In this document: positions 49,005 through 58,629 of the stretch, in pieces
How positions within the stretch are numbered: position 1 is the first letter of the stretch
How the letters are laid out: every line of letters begins with the position of its first letter
Assembly: GCA_013166775.1 (NCBI GenBank)
Contig: JABLTJ010000004.1
Coordinates: 1 to 64,000, forward strand
Length of the DNA: 64,000 nucleotides
Direction: 5' to 3'
From: Promethearchaeati archaeon
Lineage (GTDB): Archaea; Asgardarchaeota; Heimdallarchaeia; Heimdallarchaeales; Heimdallarchaeaceae
The notes under the pieces: generated by a model
Told to the model about the DNA's origin: nothing
Database searches by the model: none
The model's input: the letters and a program-made list of their open reading frames with translations, nothing else
Program-made: the position numbers and the translations under genes

Positions 49005-50364
49005 TTCTAAGTTTTTCTTGAAAACCTTCTTTTAGAAGCCTGGGTTGGGCTATGTCTTTTACATAATTTAGTATATACTCTTGATTTCTTTTATCTCCAT
49101 GAATTAAAATTATATCGCGAGCACCGGTCTTCTCCATTATGAGTTTCAAACCTTCTACAGAACTATGTCCAGAGTAAGGAAACTTCATTATTTGCATTTC
49201 AAGATCGATTTGTTTTTTCTTTCCATAATCTGCAAATAGAGTAACCTTTTTTTCCCCATCATAAATAGCTCTGCCAGTAGTACCTTCTACTTGATAACCT
49301 GTAAATCCTAGAACATTGTTTTCATTGGTTCCAAGAAGCTCTAAGTAAGAATGAATTGGTCCTCCTTCCAGCATTCCAGAAGTTGTAACGATGATAGAAC
49401 CTTCTTCCTTCTTTGCTATATATTTTCTAGAAGTACCAGTACGTTCAGAAAGTGAAGGTACGGGGATGAAATTATCTTTTCTAAACGGAGAGCTCATACC
49501 AACCTCCTTAATCTTTGATAGAAATCGTTTTGAAACCCATTTTTCACTCAAGAAATGTTCTGTAATCATATTCATGTGATTTATCATGCCATCAATATAG
49601 ATTGGAACATCATCTAAATCTTGATCTAAAGCAAGAGTAATCAGTGTTTCTTGTGATCTACCTACAGCAAAAGAAGGCAATATCATTTTATTTCCTCCTT
49701 CAGCAATTTGCTTAGCTAAAAGTCGAAGGCCTACATTGATTTTTTCTCTTTCAGGAACATAACGATCTCCATTAGTAGATTCAGTTAGAAGAACGTCTAT
49801 TTTCTCTTTAGGAAGATCATAACCTTCAAACATGGGAGTTACTCTGTCATTTATATCTCCAGTATAGAGAATCAGTGTCCCATCCCAATCAATTAGAATT
49901 TGCGCAGCTCCAAGAACGTGTCCAGCATTAAGGAATTCTGCAGTTATACCTTCAGCAATTTTGAATTTATTTCTATAATTGTGAGTTCGAATTTTTTGAT
50001 ATACTATGTCTAAATCTCTTTCTGACCAATGTCTTCTTCCTTCAATTTTCAGATGATCCAACCAAAGTTTATACACAATTTCCTTTGTCGGATCTGTCAT
50101 ATGATAATCTCCCTTATACCCCTTCTTAGCCAATCTTGGAATATAACCGGAATGATCTATATGTGCATGACTAAGAATAAACGCATCTAAGTCTTCAGCG
50201 ATTGGATCAACACCAACAGGTGCTCTTGAGAGTTGCTTAGGAACTAATTCTATACCACAATCGAGAAGTATGCTTCGATCTCTGTCTCGAATAACGAAAG
50301 CACTTCTTCCAACATAATTTGTGGATCCGTATGCAATGATTTCAATGTCATTCATGTAATTCAC
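48997..50364 (-). CDS. Metallo-beta-lactamase/beta-CASP ribonuclease (CPSF-like, no KH domains)
   Basis: VGRS, LDCG, SHAHIDH, AGHVLG, YTGD, EST, FAVGRSQE, SGH, IHG. Confidence 0.93.
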   Translation of the reverse strand: MNYMNDIEIIAYGSTNYVGRSAFVIRDRDRSILLDCGIELVPKQLSRAPVGVDPIAEDLDAFILSHAHIDHSGYIPRLAKKGYKGDYHMTDPTKEIVYKLWLDHLKIEGRRHWSERDLDIVYQKIRTHNYRNKFKIAEGITAEFLNAGHVLGAAQILIDWDGTLILYTGDINDRVTPMFEGYDLPKEKIDVLLTESTNGDRYVPEREKINVGLRLLAKQIAEGGNKMILPSFAVGRSQETLITLALDQDLDDVPIYIDGMINHMNMITEHFLSEKWVSKRFLSKIKEVGMSSPFRKDNFIPVPSLSERTGTSRKYIAKKEEGSIIVTTSGMLEGGPIHSYLELLGTNENNVLGFTGYQVEGTTGRAIYDGEKKVTLFADYGKKKQIDLEMQIMKFPYSGHSSVEGLKLIMEKTGARDIILIHGDKRNQEYILNYVKDIAQPRLLKEGFQEKLRSA

Positions 50365-50523
50365 TATTTCGTTTTTTTAAATAAAAGCTTAGAAGACTAA
50401 ATGACCTCTTTAAAGCCTTAAATCGACGGTTTCTTTTGCAACTCTTAAAACTTACCCTTCAACCAATAATGAACTCATTCATTAATTTGAATACTCTTTT
50501 ATATTATGTAAGATAGATTCTAA

Positions 50524-51258
50524 TTGAGAAAAATGTCTGATGAAAAGAAAAAGAAAGTTAAAGAAGATTTTCGATCTTCCTTAACTGATGCTTACAAATC
50601 ATTCGATGCAGAATTAGACGAAACAAAGGAAAAGGACAAACAAAAGAAACAAGAAATCCTTGAGGAAGGAATTGAGAGGATAGAGAAAAAGTCCACAAAA
50701 GAGTTGGGGTCATCAAAGATTCTTGCATTAAAAATTCTCGATATTAGACAGAAAGCAGGAATGACCCAAACAATGGGAACAGCAGGGAAAGTTAAAACTC
50801 CTATCCTGTTTGGGAAAGATGAATTTAAACAAAAACTCGTAAGAGAATTATTAGTAATAGGAACAGAAGAATTAGCTGATATTGGAAGTGCTATAACTAT
50901 TGCTAATTTAGTGGATTACTTCAAAGAAACCAGAACTAACTGGAAAATACGAACAGGAGACCTCTTAGAGGTTCTTAAGATAATGGAGAAAAAAGAAGTG
51001 ATACCCAAGCGAGTTGATATTGGTGATGACGAAGTTCTTATCAGATTTAAACCAATCGAGATGTCACCAGATATTCAACAAGTACTCAGATTATCTACAG
51101 GATTACCATTCTTGACTGTTCAAAAGATTGCAAGTCATTTAGGTTGGTCAATAGAAAGAGCTCAAAGTACACTAACAATGATGAGCAAAATGGAAATAGC
51201 AGTTCTAGATGAAGAAACAGGAAATTATTATTTCCCTGGAGTGAGTGAAATTTATTAA
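50524..51258 (+). CDS. ESCRT-II Vps22/Vps36-like (EAP30) tandem winged-helix protein
   Basis: C-terminal PIEMSPDIQQVLRL...LTVQKIASHLGWSIERAQSTL...AVLD...YYFP follows the Vps22/Snf8 second winged-helix pattern; charged helical N-terminus. Confidence 0.8.
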   Translation: MRKMSDEKKKKVKEDFRSSLTDAYKSFDAELDETKEKDKQKKQEILEEGIERIEKKSTKELGSSKILALKILDIRQKAGMTQTMGTAGKVKTPILFGKDEFKQKLVRELLVIGTEELADIGSAITIANLVDYFKETRTNWKIRTGDLLEVLKIMEKKEVIPKRVDIGDDEVLIRFKPIEMSPDIQQVLRLSTGLPFLTVQKIASHLGWSIERAQSTLTMMSKMEIAVLDEETGNYYFPGVSEIY

Positions 51259-51316
51259 CAACACTATTTTTGCATTTTACGAATAATTTATAAAGTCACA
51301 AACCCTCATTAAGCTT

Positions 51317-51375
51317 GGTGAGATCAAACAAATATTTTATTTGATCTCGCCCTCCCTCCCTCATTTTCATCTTAA
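51317..51375 (+). ncRNA. Candidate small RNA or structured terminator (12-bp hairpin plus CU-rich tail)
   Basis: GGTGAGATCAAA pairs with TTTGATCTCGCC; TATA box TTTATAAA at 51287-51294. The 3' end is uncertain. Confidence 0.35.
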
Positions 51376-51392
51376 TTAGCTTAGGATTAAAC

Positions 51393-52226
51393 CTACTTTT
51401 GTCTAAACCAATATTTTGAATCCAGTTTTGTTCTTTCTTCATCCATCTCTGCAAGTACTTTTACTGCATAATTTGCAGCTTTTATAGCTTCTTCCTCTCC
51501 AAAGGCTCCAAATTCATTCGTAACCCTATTAGCATAAACAGCACATATAGCACCAGCTCTCCCACCAAAGATTTGAGATAAAGTAAAGATGTGCGAAGCT
51601 TCCATTTCGATATTCATCACACCCATTTTCTGCAAATCTGGAATAATGGTATCTGTCTTTGAAATTTTATAATCGTTAAAACCTGGTCTTCCTTGACCAA
51701 GGTAAAAGCTTGAAGATGATGCAGCTACACCAACATGGTAAGTGTATCCTAGGTTTTCGCAGGCTTCTATGAGTGCTAAAACAACTTCATAATGAGCTAT
51801 TGCAGGATAGCTTTCAGGAACATAGTGTATACTTGATCCTTCCATTTTCACTGCACCAGTATTGATTATTAAATCACCGAGCTCAACACCAGGTTGTATC
51901 ACTCCAGTAGAACCTACTCTGATAAAAGTATCACATCCTATATTCATCAATTCAGTTAAGGCAATTTCACAAGCGGGTGTGCCTATTCCTGTAGAAGTTA
52001 CACTAATTGGAACACCATGAACTTTTCCTGTAAAAGAATAATACTGCCGATGTGCTGCTATTTCTTTAAATTCATCCCATGTTCCTGCTATTCTTTTTGC
52101 TCTTTCTGGATCTCCTGGGAGTAAAACAGGTCCTTGAAGATCATTTGGTTTACATTCAATATGATATTGTTTTCCCTCTTCAAAAGTTGGCTTATCAGCT
52201 GATGCTTTCTTTTCTTCTTTGTGCAT
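51393..52226 (-). CDS. udp: Uridine phosphorylase
   Basis: QYHI, LLPGDPERA, STGIG, RVGSTG, FYLGQGR, EME. Confidence 0.9.
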   Translation of the reverse strand: MHKEEKKASADKPTFEEGKQYHIECKPNDLQGPVLLPGDPERAKRIAGTWDEFKEIAAHRQYYSFTGKVHGVPISVTSTGIGTPACEIALTELMNIGCDTFIRVGSTGVIQPGVELGDLIINTGAVKMEGSSIHYVPESYPAIAHYEVVLALIEACENLGYTYHVGVAASSSSFYLGQGRPGFNDYKISKTDTIIPDLQKMGVMNIEMEASHIFTLSQIFGGRAGAICAVYANRVTNEFGAFGEEEAIKAANYAVKVLAEMDEERTKLDSKYWFRQK

Positions 52227-52290
52227 GATAATATATTTAGAATTAACTAATAAAAAGATTTCACAGAAGATTTTACTTTCTATTTTCAGA

Positions 52291-53553
52291 TTAGGTATTT
52301 GGATGATTTAGAATTTCCTTTGCGCGATCAAATGAAATATTCTCTTCTTCAATCATTCGCTGCGTAATTTCCTCTATTTTATCACCTTTAGCTCCTGCAT
52401 TTATAGCTATATTCCTAGCATGTAACATCATATGACCTTTTTGGATACCTTCAGATACCAAAGCACGTAGTGCAGCTACATTTTGTGCTAATCCTACTGC
52501 AGCAACCACACATGCAAATTCTTCAACATTTGAAACACCAAGAATTTTTAATGCAGTTTTATAGGTTGGATTTACATTAATTGCTCCTCCAAGTACACCA
52601 ATCGATAGAGGAATTTCAAGACAACCGAGTAAATCGCCATTATCATTCTTTGTGAATTTAGTGAGTGATTTATAGCCACCTTCTTTCGTAGCATAAACAT
52701 GGGCTCCTGCTTCCACTGCTCTTGTATCATTACCAGTTGCTAGCAATACCGCTATGATTCCATTCATTATACCTTTATTGTGAGTTGCACATCTGTATGG
52801 GTCGTGATCAGCTAAATCATAGGCTAGAAGAATCATATCTACAATGTTTTCTCCTCCTAATTCATTTTTATCAAATTCAGCTTCAACTTTCACATATCTC
52901 TTATCTACTAGGTTTGAAATGATACGAAGAAGTACTTTACCTCCAGTCAATCTCTCAACATCTGGTTTCAACACTTCTAACATTGTGTTTACTGCATTTG
53001 CACCCATAGCATCTTTTACATCAACTATAAGATGCAATACCAGATAATTTTCCAATTTTCCTTTTATTCTTCTTATCTCTATGTCTTTTGCTCCTCCACC
53101 TAAATCTGTTAGAATTTTATTTGTTGAATCCGCTTTTTCTAGTAGTTCTGTAAGATTAGTTTGAATATTTTTTTCTGCTGAATCAAAATCTTGAATGTGT
53201 AAAACTTGAATTTGACCAGTTACAAAGGATCCTGAATACTCAGCTCTAAAACCTCCACTTTTCCTAGCTATTTTTGCTGCATGACTAGCTGCAGCAACTA
53301 CAGAGGTCTCTTCAATGACCATTGGCACTAAATACTCTTTTTCATTAACAATGAAATTAGTTGCAATTCCCAAAGGAAGAGGGAGAATTCCCACAACATT
53401 TTCAATCATGAAACTTAGAGCTTCATCATCAATTGAATTACCTTCAAGAATGGTTATTTCCTCTTCAGTTAGTTCAAGCATTTTTGCGATAGTGTTTCTT
53501 CTCTCTTCAACCGTTAGATTGTAAAAATTAGGAATCCGTGAACTAAAGGACAT
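52291..53553 (-). CDS. mvaA: HMG-CoA reductase, class II (bacterial type)
   Basis: MIENVVG, EETSVVAA, DAMGAN, THNKGIMNG, GNDTRAVEAG, GIQKGHM. Confidence 0.95.
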   Translation of the reverse strand: MSFSSRIPNFYNLTVEERRNTIAKMLELTEEEITILEGNSIDDEALSFMIENVVGILPLPLGIATNFIVNEKEYLVPMVIEETSVVAAASHAAKIARKSGGFRAEYSGSFVTGQIQVLHIQDFDSAEKNIQTNLTELLEKADSTNKILTDLGGGAKDIEIRRIKGKLENYLVLHLIVDVKDAMGANAVNTMLEVLKPDVERLTGGKVLLRIISNLVDKRYVKVEAEFDKNELGGENIVDMILLAYDLADHDPYRCATHNKGIMNGIIAVLLATGNDTRAVEAGAHVYATKEGGYKSLTKFTKNDNGDLLGCLEIPLSIGVLGGAINVNPTYKTALKILGVSNVEEFACVVAAVGLAQNVAALRALVSEGIQKGHMMLHARNIAINAGAKGDKIEEITQRMIEEENISFDRAKEILNHPNT

Positions 53554-53595
53554 GTGTTTACTGCAAAAACAGCAATTAAAAAGGTTTTTTTAGAA

Positions 53596-53814
53596 TTATA
53601 GTTCCTCTAGAATTTGAATCTTCTGATCCTTAAATTGTCTCATGATATTTGTAACATATCCTGCAATTTGATTTCTCATCTTCTTTGACATAGTTGAACA
53701 TACTTCTTCCACAACATGTTTATTGTTTTGGAAATCATTATTGAGTTGATCGTGAAAATCTCTTACTATTTGTTTGGAAATTCTTTTTATCTGACTTGTT
53801 CGTATGTTACCCAT
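53596..53814 (-). CDS. rps17e: 30S ribosomal protein S17e
   Basis: MGNIRT..IKR, DFQNNK, SKKMRNQIAGYVT. Confidence 0.97.
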   Translation of the reverse strand: MGNIRTSQIKRISKQIVRDFHDQLNNDFQNNKHVVEEVCSTMSKKMRNQIAGYVTNIMRQFKDQKIQILEEL

Positions 53815-53887
53815 TTAATCACTATCTGGTGCTTTTTACAATTAATTTTAAATCTTACTATCAAAGAGGTATTTAGAAAAAAGAGTA

Positions 53888-54607
53888 TTAGAAGTAAAAT
53901 TGCTCAGATGCATATACCTCAATACCATTTGGAGTTATGGAAAGAGGACGTTCTATCATCTCATGCTTTAAACCCCGCATTTTACGGATATTTAAACTTC
54001 TAATTGCTATAGAATTTCGATATTCATAATTTAGGATAATTACTCCTTGGCTCATGAATTCTTCAACGCCAAAACGACTAACTTCTCCTCCTCTCATCTC
54101 ACTAGTTAAAATTGTCGTACACTCTAATGAAGACATTACAGCGCTTAACTTCAGTATTTGTCTTCGGATTTGTTGTTCAGATTCCATCGATAATGCAAGA
54201 GCTGTTATACTATCTATAACAACCCTTTCTGCAGAAGTTTTATCTATAATCTCTACTAATTGTGTGATTAGCTCATCAACATCAACTGGAGTTTGATATT
54301 TTTCTTCAGAACCTACTCCTGCTCTAGGACTGAAGCCATCAATAAGAACCAATAAATTATCCTTTTCTAAATCATTTAGATTCCATCCAAAATTAAGACA
54401 TTCTTCACGTACATGTTCAGGATTTTCATCAAAAGATACAAAAATACCACTTTCTCCTCCAGAAACTATACCATGATATAGAAATTGTACGCCAAAAGTA
54501 GATTTACCTGCTCCCGCAGGGCCTGAAACAAGTATTGTTCTTCCTCGAGGAAATCCTCCACCTATTATACGATCTAATCCGATTATTCCGGTTTCAACAA
54601 GTTCCAT
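53888..54607 (-). CDS. Single-domain KaiC/RAD55 family ATPase
   Basis: TGIIGLD..IGGGFP, GPAGAGKS, VVIDSIT, GVEEF, KMRG. Confidence 0.92.
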   Translation of the reverse strand: MELVETGIIGLDRIIGGGFPRGRTILVSGPAGAGKSTFGVQFLYHGIVSGGESGIFVSFDENPEHVREECLNFGWNLNDLEKDNLLVLIDGFSPRAGVGSEEKYQTPVDVDELITQLVEIIDKTSAERVVIDSITALALSMESEQQIRRQILKLSAVMSSLECTTILTSEMRGGEVSRFGVEEFMSQGVIILNYEYRNSIAIRSLNIRKMRGLKHEMIERPLSITPNGIEVYASEQFYF

Positions 54608-54661
54608 AAGTGCAATTGTTTTACGATATAAAAAAAATTTCGGAAGTATTAGCTTATTATG

Positions 54662-56491
54662 TCATTTTTCTTCGATTTTCTTTATATCCCATCCACCTGT
54701 TGATCGAAATGCTATTGTTGGTTGAGATAAATTATCTATGTGCATTAGAAGCTCTACATCATATTTCTTTCTAAAATGCGAAGAAGCTTTAACAAACTTG
54801 TAATTTCCATCAACAATGTGAATGACTGTACCTAACGAAGCTTTGCTTGAAAGCTCTGAAGTTTCATCTATTATGCCGACTCTTGACATCATTTCCCAAT
54901 TCATTGTTCGAATTAAAGGATGACTTCTACCCTTACTTTGAACAATATTAGTTCCTAAACAATAAAATGAAGATTTATGCGCTGTTGAAAGAGAAGAGTA
55001 GGGAGTGAAATTTGCTTTAATAAAATTTTGTAATTCTTTTGGACTAGATTTTAGCCTAAGTTGTACTTGATAGCTGGATTTAATATCAGGGAACTTCTTA
55101 ATAAGCAAATTATACAATGTCATCACATCTGATTTAGCAGAAGATAAACCAGCAAAATATAACCAGCTCAAATATTCTAGACATGCAATGCATAATCCTT
55201 TGTTATTTCCATTCAAAGAAAGGTGAAAGGTTTGTGCAAACATTAAACTAGCCTTTTTTAATTCTCCCAATTGCATGAATTTGAATCCAAGTTGATTAAT
55301 GAACTCAATATTATCATAATCATAATCTGTTGTTTTTGCTATGATTTTTTCTCCCCCCAAAACAACTGTTAGAAGAATCAGTGCAGGAATAACATTAAAC
55401 ACATCACTTCTTTGATGTTTATTGCATTTGTCTTCAAAAGCTGGTGTGAAGTATGAATTCAATCTGTGTAATTGACCAGAAAGAAGCAACAAAATCATTC
55501 TCAGAAAGTGTGTATCGATACTAAGTTCATTAATTTCCTTTGTTCCTTGAAACAGAATCATCATTAACTTGTCCATATAGACTCTTGCTAATTCAAGCTT
55601 CTTATTTTCAATTAAGCATATACACCCTAAGTATTGGAGTCTTCCAAGTAGAAGCAGAGCTTCATTGTAAGTTGGATGGTCTTCTATTGCGTTTATAGCT
55701 AGCTTCCAATCAATAATGTGATCCGTAATTTCTCTGACTCTAGTCAGAAGCTCGCCTTCTAATTCAGCGTAGTTTCCTTGTACAAAGTCTTCTTCTAATT
55801 GTGTAAGATCACTTTGAACCTCAACTAGTAGTTCTCTAAGCTGCAATGATTCAATTGAAAATCCATCAATTTCTTTCATATCTGTTGGAGTTGCTTGCGT
55901 TAACTTCTCTTCATATTCCGTTCGTATAACAGAGATAGCAGAATCTAGTATTTTTCTAATACGTTTTACTGGATCATAACGGTTTGTACTCTCAACTGAA
56001 TATCTAATTTCAGCAGTAAAGAGTCGTGACTCTAGCTCTTTAAGAAAGTATTCAGAACTTTTCTCTTGATTTTCTTCAATAATATAGCTGACAAAAGCAC
56101 TATCTGTTAGAGTAGATAATCCGATTAATTCTGCTGTTTCTAATAGTTTGATATCGCTACTAACTATGGTAGCTTTTATTTTATCAGCAAGAAAAATTAC
56201 GGCTAAATCAGGTTTCTGGGGAAGGCTAGTTGATTTTTCACTTAACATACGAATGAATTTCTGGAAGTCCACATCCTTTATCTCTTTTACTTTAACATGT
56301 GGTATGATTTCCCTTTGAACAAAAAATCTTAATTCATTTTTCACATATGTGGGTATAGCTACCTCTACTTCTATTTCTGAAAGAATTTTAGCAAATTTGC
56401 GATAGGTAGTAGGATTGTGTTGAAAACCTGAGATAAAAAAATTAGTATCGATAACATATTGTGACATTAAACTATGTAAAAACACGCGCAT
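54662..56491 (-). CDS. PIN-domain protein with long helical C-terminal region
   Basis: YVIDTN, NEL, KPD, VSSD acidic tetrad in the first ~130 aa; remaining ~480 aa unassigned. Confidence 0.75.
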   Translation of the reverse strand: MRVFLHSLMSQYVIDTNFFISGFQHNPTTYRKFAKILSEIEVEVAIPTYVKNELRFFVQREIIPHVKVKEIKDVDFQKFIRMLSEKSTSLPQKPDLAVIFLADKIKATIVSSDIKLLETAELIGLSTLTDSAFVSYIIEENQEKSSEYFLKELESRLFTAEIRYSVESTNRYDPVKRIRKILDSAISVIRTEYEEKLTQATPTDMKEIDGFSIESLQLRELLVEVQSDLTQLEEDFVQGNYAELEGELLTRVREITDHIIDWKLAINAIEDHPTYNEALLLLGRLQYLGCICLIENKKLELARVYMDKLMMILFQGTKEINELSIDTHFLRMILLLLSGQLHRLNSYFTPAFEDKCNKHQRSDVFNVIPALILLTVVLGGEKIIAKTTDYDYDNIEFINQLGFKFMQLGELKKASLMFAQTFHLSLNGNNKGLCIACLEYLSWLYFAGLSSAKSDVMTLYNLLIKKFPDIKSSYQVQLRLKSSPKELQNFIKANFTPYSSLSTAHKSSFYCLGTNIVQSKGRSHPLIRTMNWEMMSRVGIIDETSELSSKASLGTVIHIVDGNYKFVKASSHFRKKYDVELLMHIDNLSQPTIAFRSTGGWDIKKIEEK

Positions 56492-56521
56492 ATTTTAATT
56501 TTTATCTAAAAATGAAAATAA

Positions 56522-57454
56522 TTAGACTAAAAGAGAATCATACATGTCTTTTAATCCATCTTTTAACTTAATTTGTGGAGAATAATTCAGCAACTCCTTT
56601 GCAAGTTTGAGTGAAGTAAAACTTTCTCTAATATCTGCTTCCCTAGGCTCTTCATGAACGAGTTCCAGTTTTTTCCCACTTATTTGAACTAAGATTCGAG
56701 CTAACTCTAGAATGGTTGTAGGTTCTCCTGAACCAATGTTAATAGTTCTATTAGTTATATGCTTATTTTTCAGAGCAAGATCTATAGCAGTAGTGACGTC
56801 TTTAATATGTACAAAATCCCTTGTCTGATAACCATCTCCTTCAATCATCGGAGATTGATTGTTTTTTATTGCTTTTAAGAATTTAAAAATGACACCAGCA
56901 TATGGATCATCTTCTTTCTGAAGAGGGCTGTAAATATTAAATGGAACGATGTTGATTGAGTTTAAACCATAAAGATTAGAATATAGACTAACATATTGTT
57001 CTGCAACCAATTTGCTCATTCCATATGGTGATAAAGGTTTACGAGGATGTTCTTCTGTTATTGGTACGAACTGAGGATTTCCGTATGTAGCTGCAGAGCT
57101 TATAAAAACAAATCTATCAACATCTTTCTTTCTAGCGAACTCAAGCAAGTTTAAAGTACCGAAAATGTTCGTTTCTGCATCTAAAATAGGATTAATAGTA
57201 GACTTTGCAATGCTTATTTGAGCTGCACAATGAATAATAATTTCTACTTTAGGCAACAGAGAATAAATCTCTTGATTTCTTATATCACCTTTAATGAAAA
57301 TGACATCTATTGGAGGATTTACTTTTGAATTTATCATATTGTCAAGTATGCAGATTTGGTATTTCTCCTTTAATTGAAGATAAGAATAATACCCAACTTG
57401 TCCCAATCCTCCAGTTAGAAGTACAGTTTCTTTTTGTTCACTCATATATATCAA
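56522..57454 (-). CDS. NAD-dependent nucleotide-sugar epimerase/dehydratase (GalE-like extended SDR)
   Basis: TGGLGQVG, HCAA, SSAATYG, YGMSK, QTRDFVH. Confidence 0.93.
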   Translation of the reverse strand: MIYMSEQKETVLLTGGLGQVGYYSYLQLKEKYQICILDNMINSKVNPPIDVIFIKGDIRNQEIYSLLPKVEIIIHCAAQISIAKSTINPILDAETNIFGTLNLLEFARKKDVDRFVFISSAATYGNPQFVPITEEHPRKPLSPYGMSKLVAEQYVSLYSNLYGLNSINIVPFNIYSPLQKEDDPYAGVIFKFLKAIKNNQSPMIEGDGYQTRDFVHIKDVTTAIDLALKNKHITNRTINIGSGEPTTILELARILVQISGKKLELVHEEPREADIRESFTSLKLAKELLNYSPQIKLKDGLKDMYDSLLV

Positions 57455-57545
57455 TGAGGGTAAAACTTTTTAAAAGCATAACGCTCTTTTGCTCATTAGT
57501 TTAAATATTTCTTTTGAATTTCCAAAGAAATACATAGGTGAGTTA

Positions 57546-58628
57546 ATGTCGAATAAAATACGCGTTGCAATAGCAGGATTGGGAAATTGTGCCTCTGCTT
57601 TAATTCAAGGACTTGAGTACTACAAAGATGCAAATGAGAACGATTACGTTCCTGGTATTATGCATGTCAAATTTGGAGAATACCATATCAGAGATGTTGA
57701 AGTAGTAGCAGTTTTTGAGGTTAGTACATTAAAAATAGGGAAAGATATTTCTGAAGCAATATGGGAACCTCCAAATTGTTGTGCTAAATTTTCTGATGTT
57801 CCAATGAAGGGAATAAAAGTATTACCAGGTCCTATCGAAGATGGTGTTGCTCCACACATGATGGAATCATTTCATTGTTATAATACTGCAGAGATTCAAC
57901 CTGTTGATATTGCTAAAGTATTAATTGATACCGAAGCAGATGTTTTGGTTAACTTCCTACCAGTTGGAAGCGAAAAAGCCACTAAAGTATATGCTCAAGC
58001 AGCTCTAGATGCAAATGTAGCTCTTGCTAACGGAATTCCAGCTTTCATAGCCTCTAATCCAGAATGGGCACAGAAATTTACTGATAAGAAAATTCCAGTA
58101 GCTGGAGATGATATCAAATCTCAACTTGGCGCTACCATTCTTCACAGAATGTTAGTAACGTTGGCTCATGAAAGAGGGATTAAAATGGATGAAACCTTTC
58201 AACTGAATATTGGAGGAAATACAGATTTCGAGAATATGAAAAAAGAGTACCGTTTGATAACAAAACGTGTTTCAAAAACTGAAGCTGTTACAAGCATGAT
58301 ACCTTATGAGGTTCCTACAAGAATAGGGCCTTCAGATTATGTTCCATTTCTAAAGGATGAAAAAATCTGTTATCTATGGTTAAAGGGAAAGAATTTTGGA
58401 GAACAACCAATAAAAGTACAACTAAAGCTCTCTGTTCAAGATTCCCCAAATAGTGCAGGAGTTATGATCGATGTGATTAGATCACTAAAAATCGCAAAAG
58501 ATAGAGGGATTGGGGGACCGCTTATAGGTGTTTCAAGTTATTTCTTCAAACATCCACCTAAACAGATTCATGATGCTGAAGCTATTCAATTAGTTGAAAA
58601 ATTCATAAAGGGAGAGATATCTAACTAA
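57546..58628 (+). CDS. ino1: myo-inositol-1-phosphate synthase
   Basis: GLGNCAS, GDDIKSQ, QLNIGGNTDF, SKT, DEK, DSPNSAG, FKHPP. Start ATG 57546 after GGTGA. Confidence 0.95.
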   Translation: MSNKIRVAIAGLGNCASALIQGLEYYKDANENDYVPGIMHVKFGEYHIRDVEVVAVFEVSTLKIGKDISEAIWEPPNCCAKFSDVPMKGIKVLPGPIEDGVAPHMMESFHCYNTAEIQPVDIAKVLIDTEADVLVNFLPVGSEKATKVYAQAALDANVALANGIPAFIASNPEWAQKFTDKKIPVAGDDIKSQLGATILHRMLVTLAHERGIKMDETFQLNIGGNTDFENMKKEYRLITKRVSKTEAVTSMIPYEVPTRIGPSDYVPFLKDEKICYLWLKGKNFGEQPIKVQLKLSVQDSPNSAGVMIDVIRSLKIAKDRGIGGPLIGVSSYFFKHPPKQIHDAEAIQLVEKFIKGEISN

Positions 58629-58629
58629 G

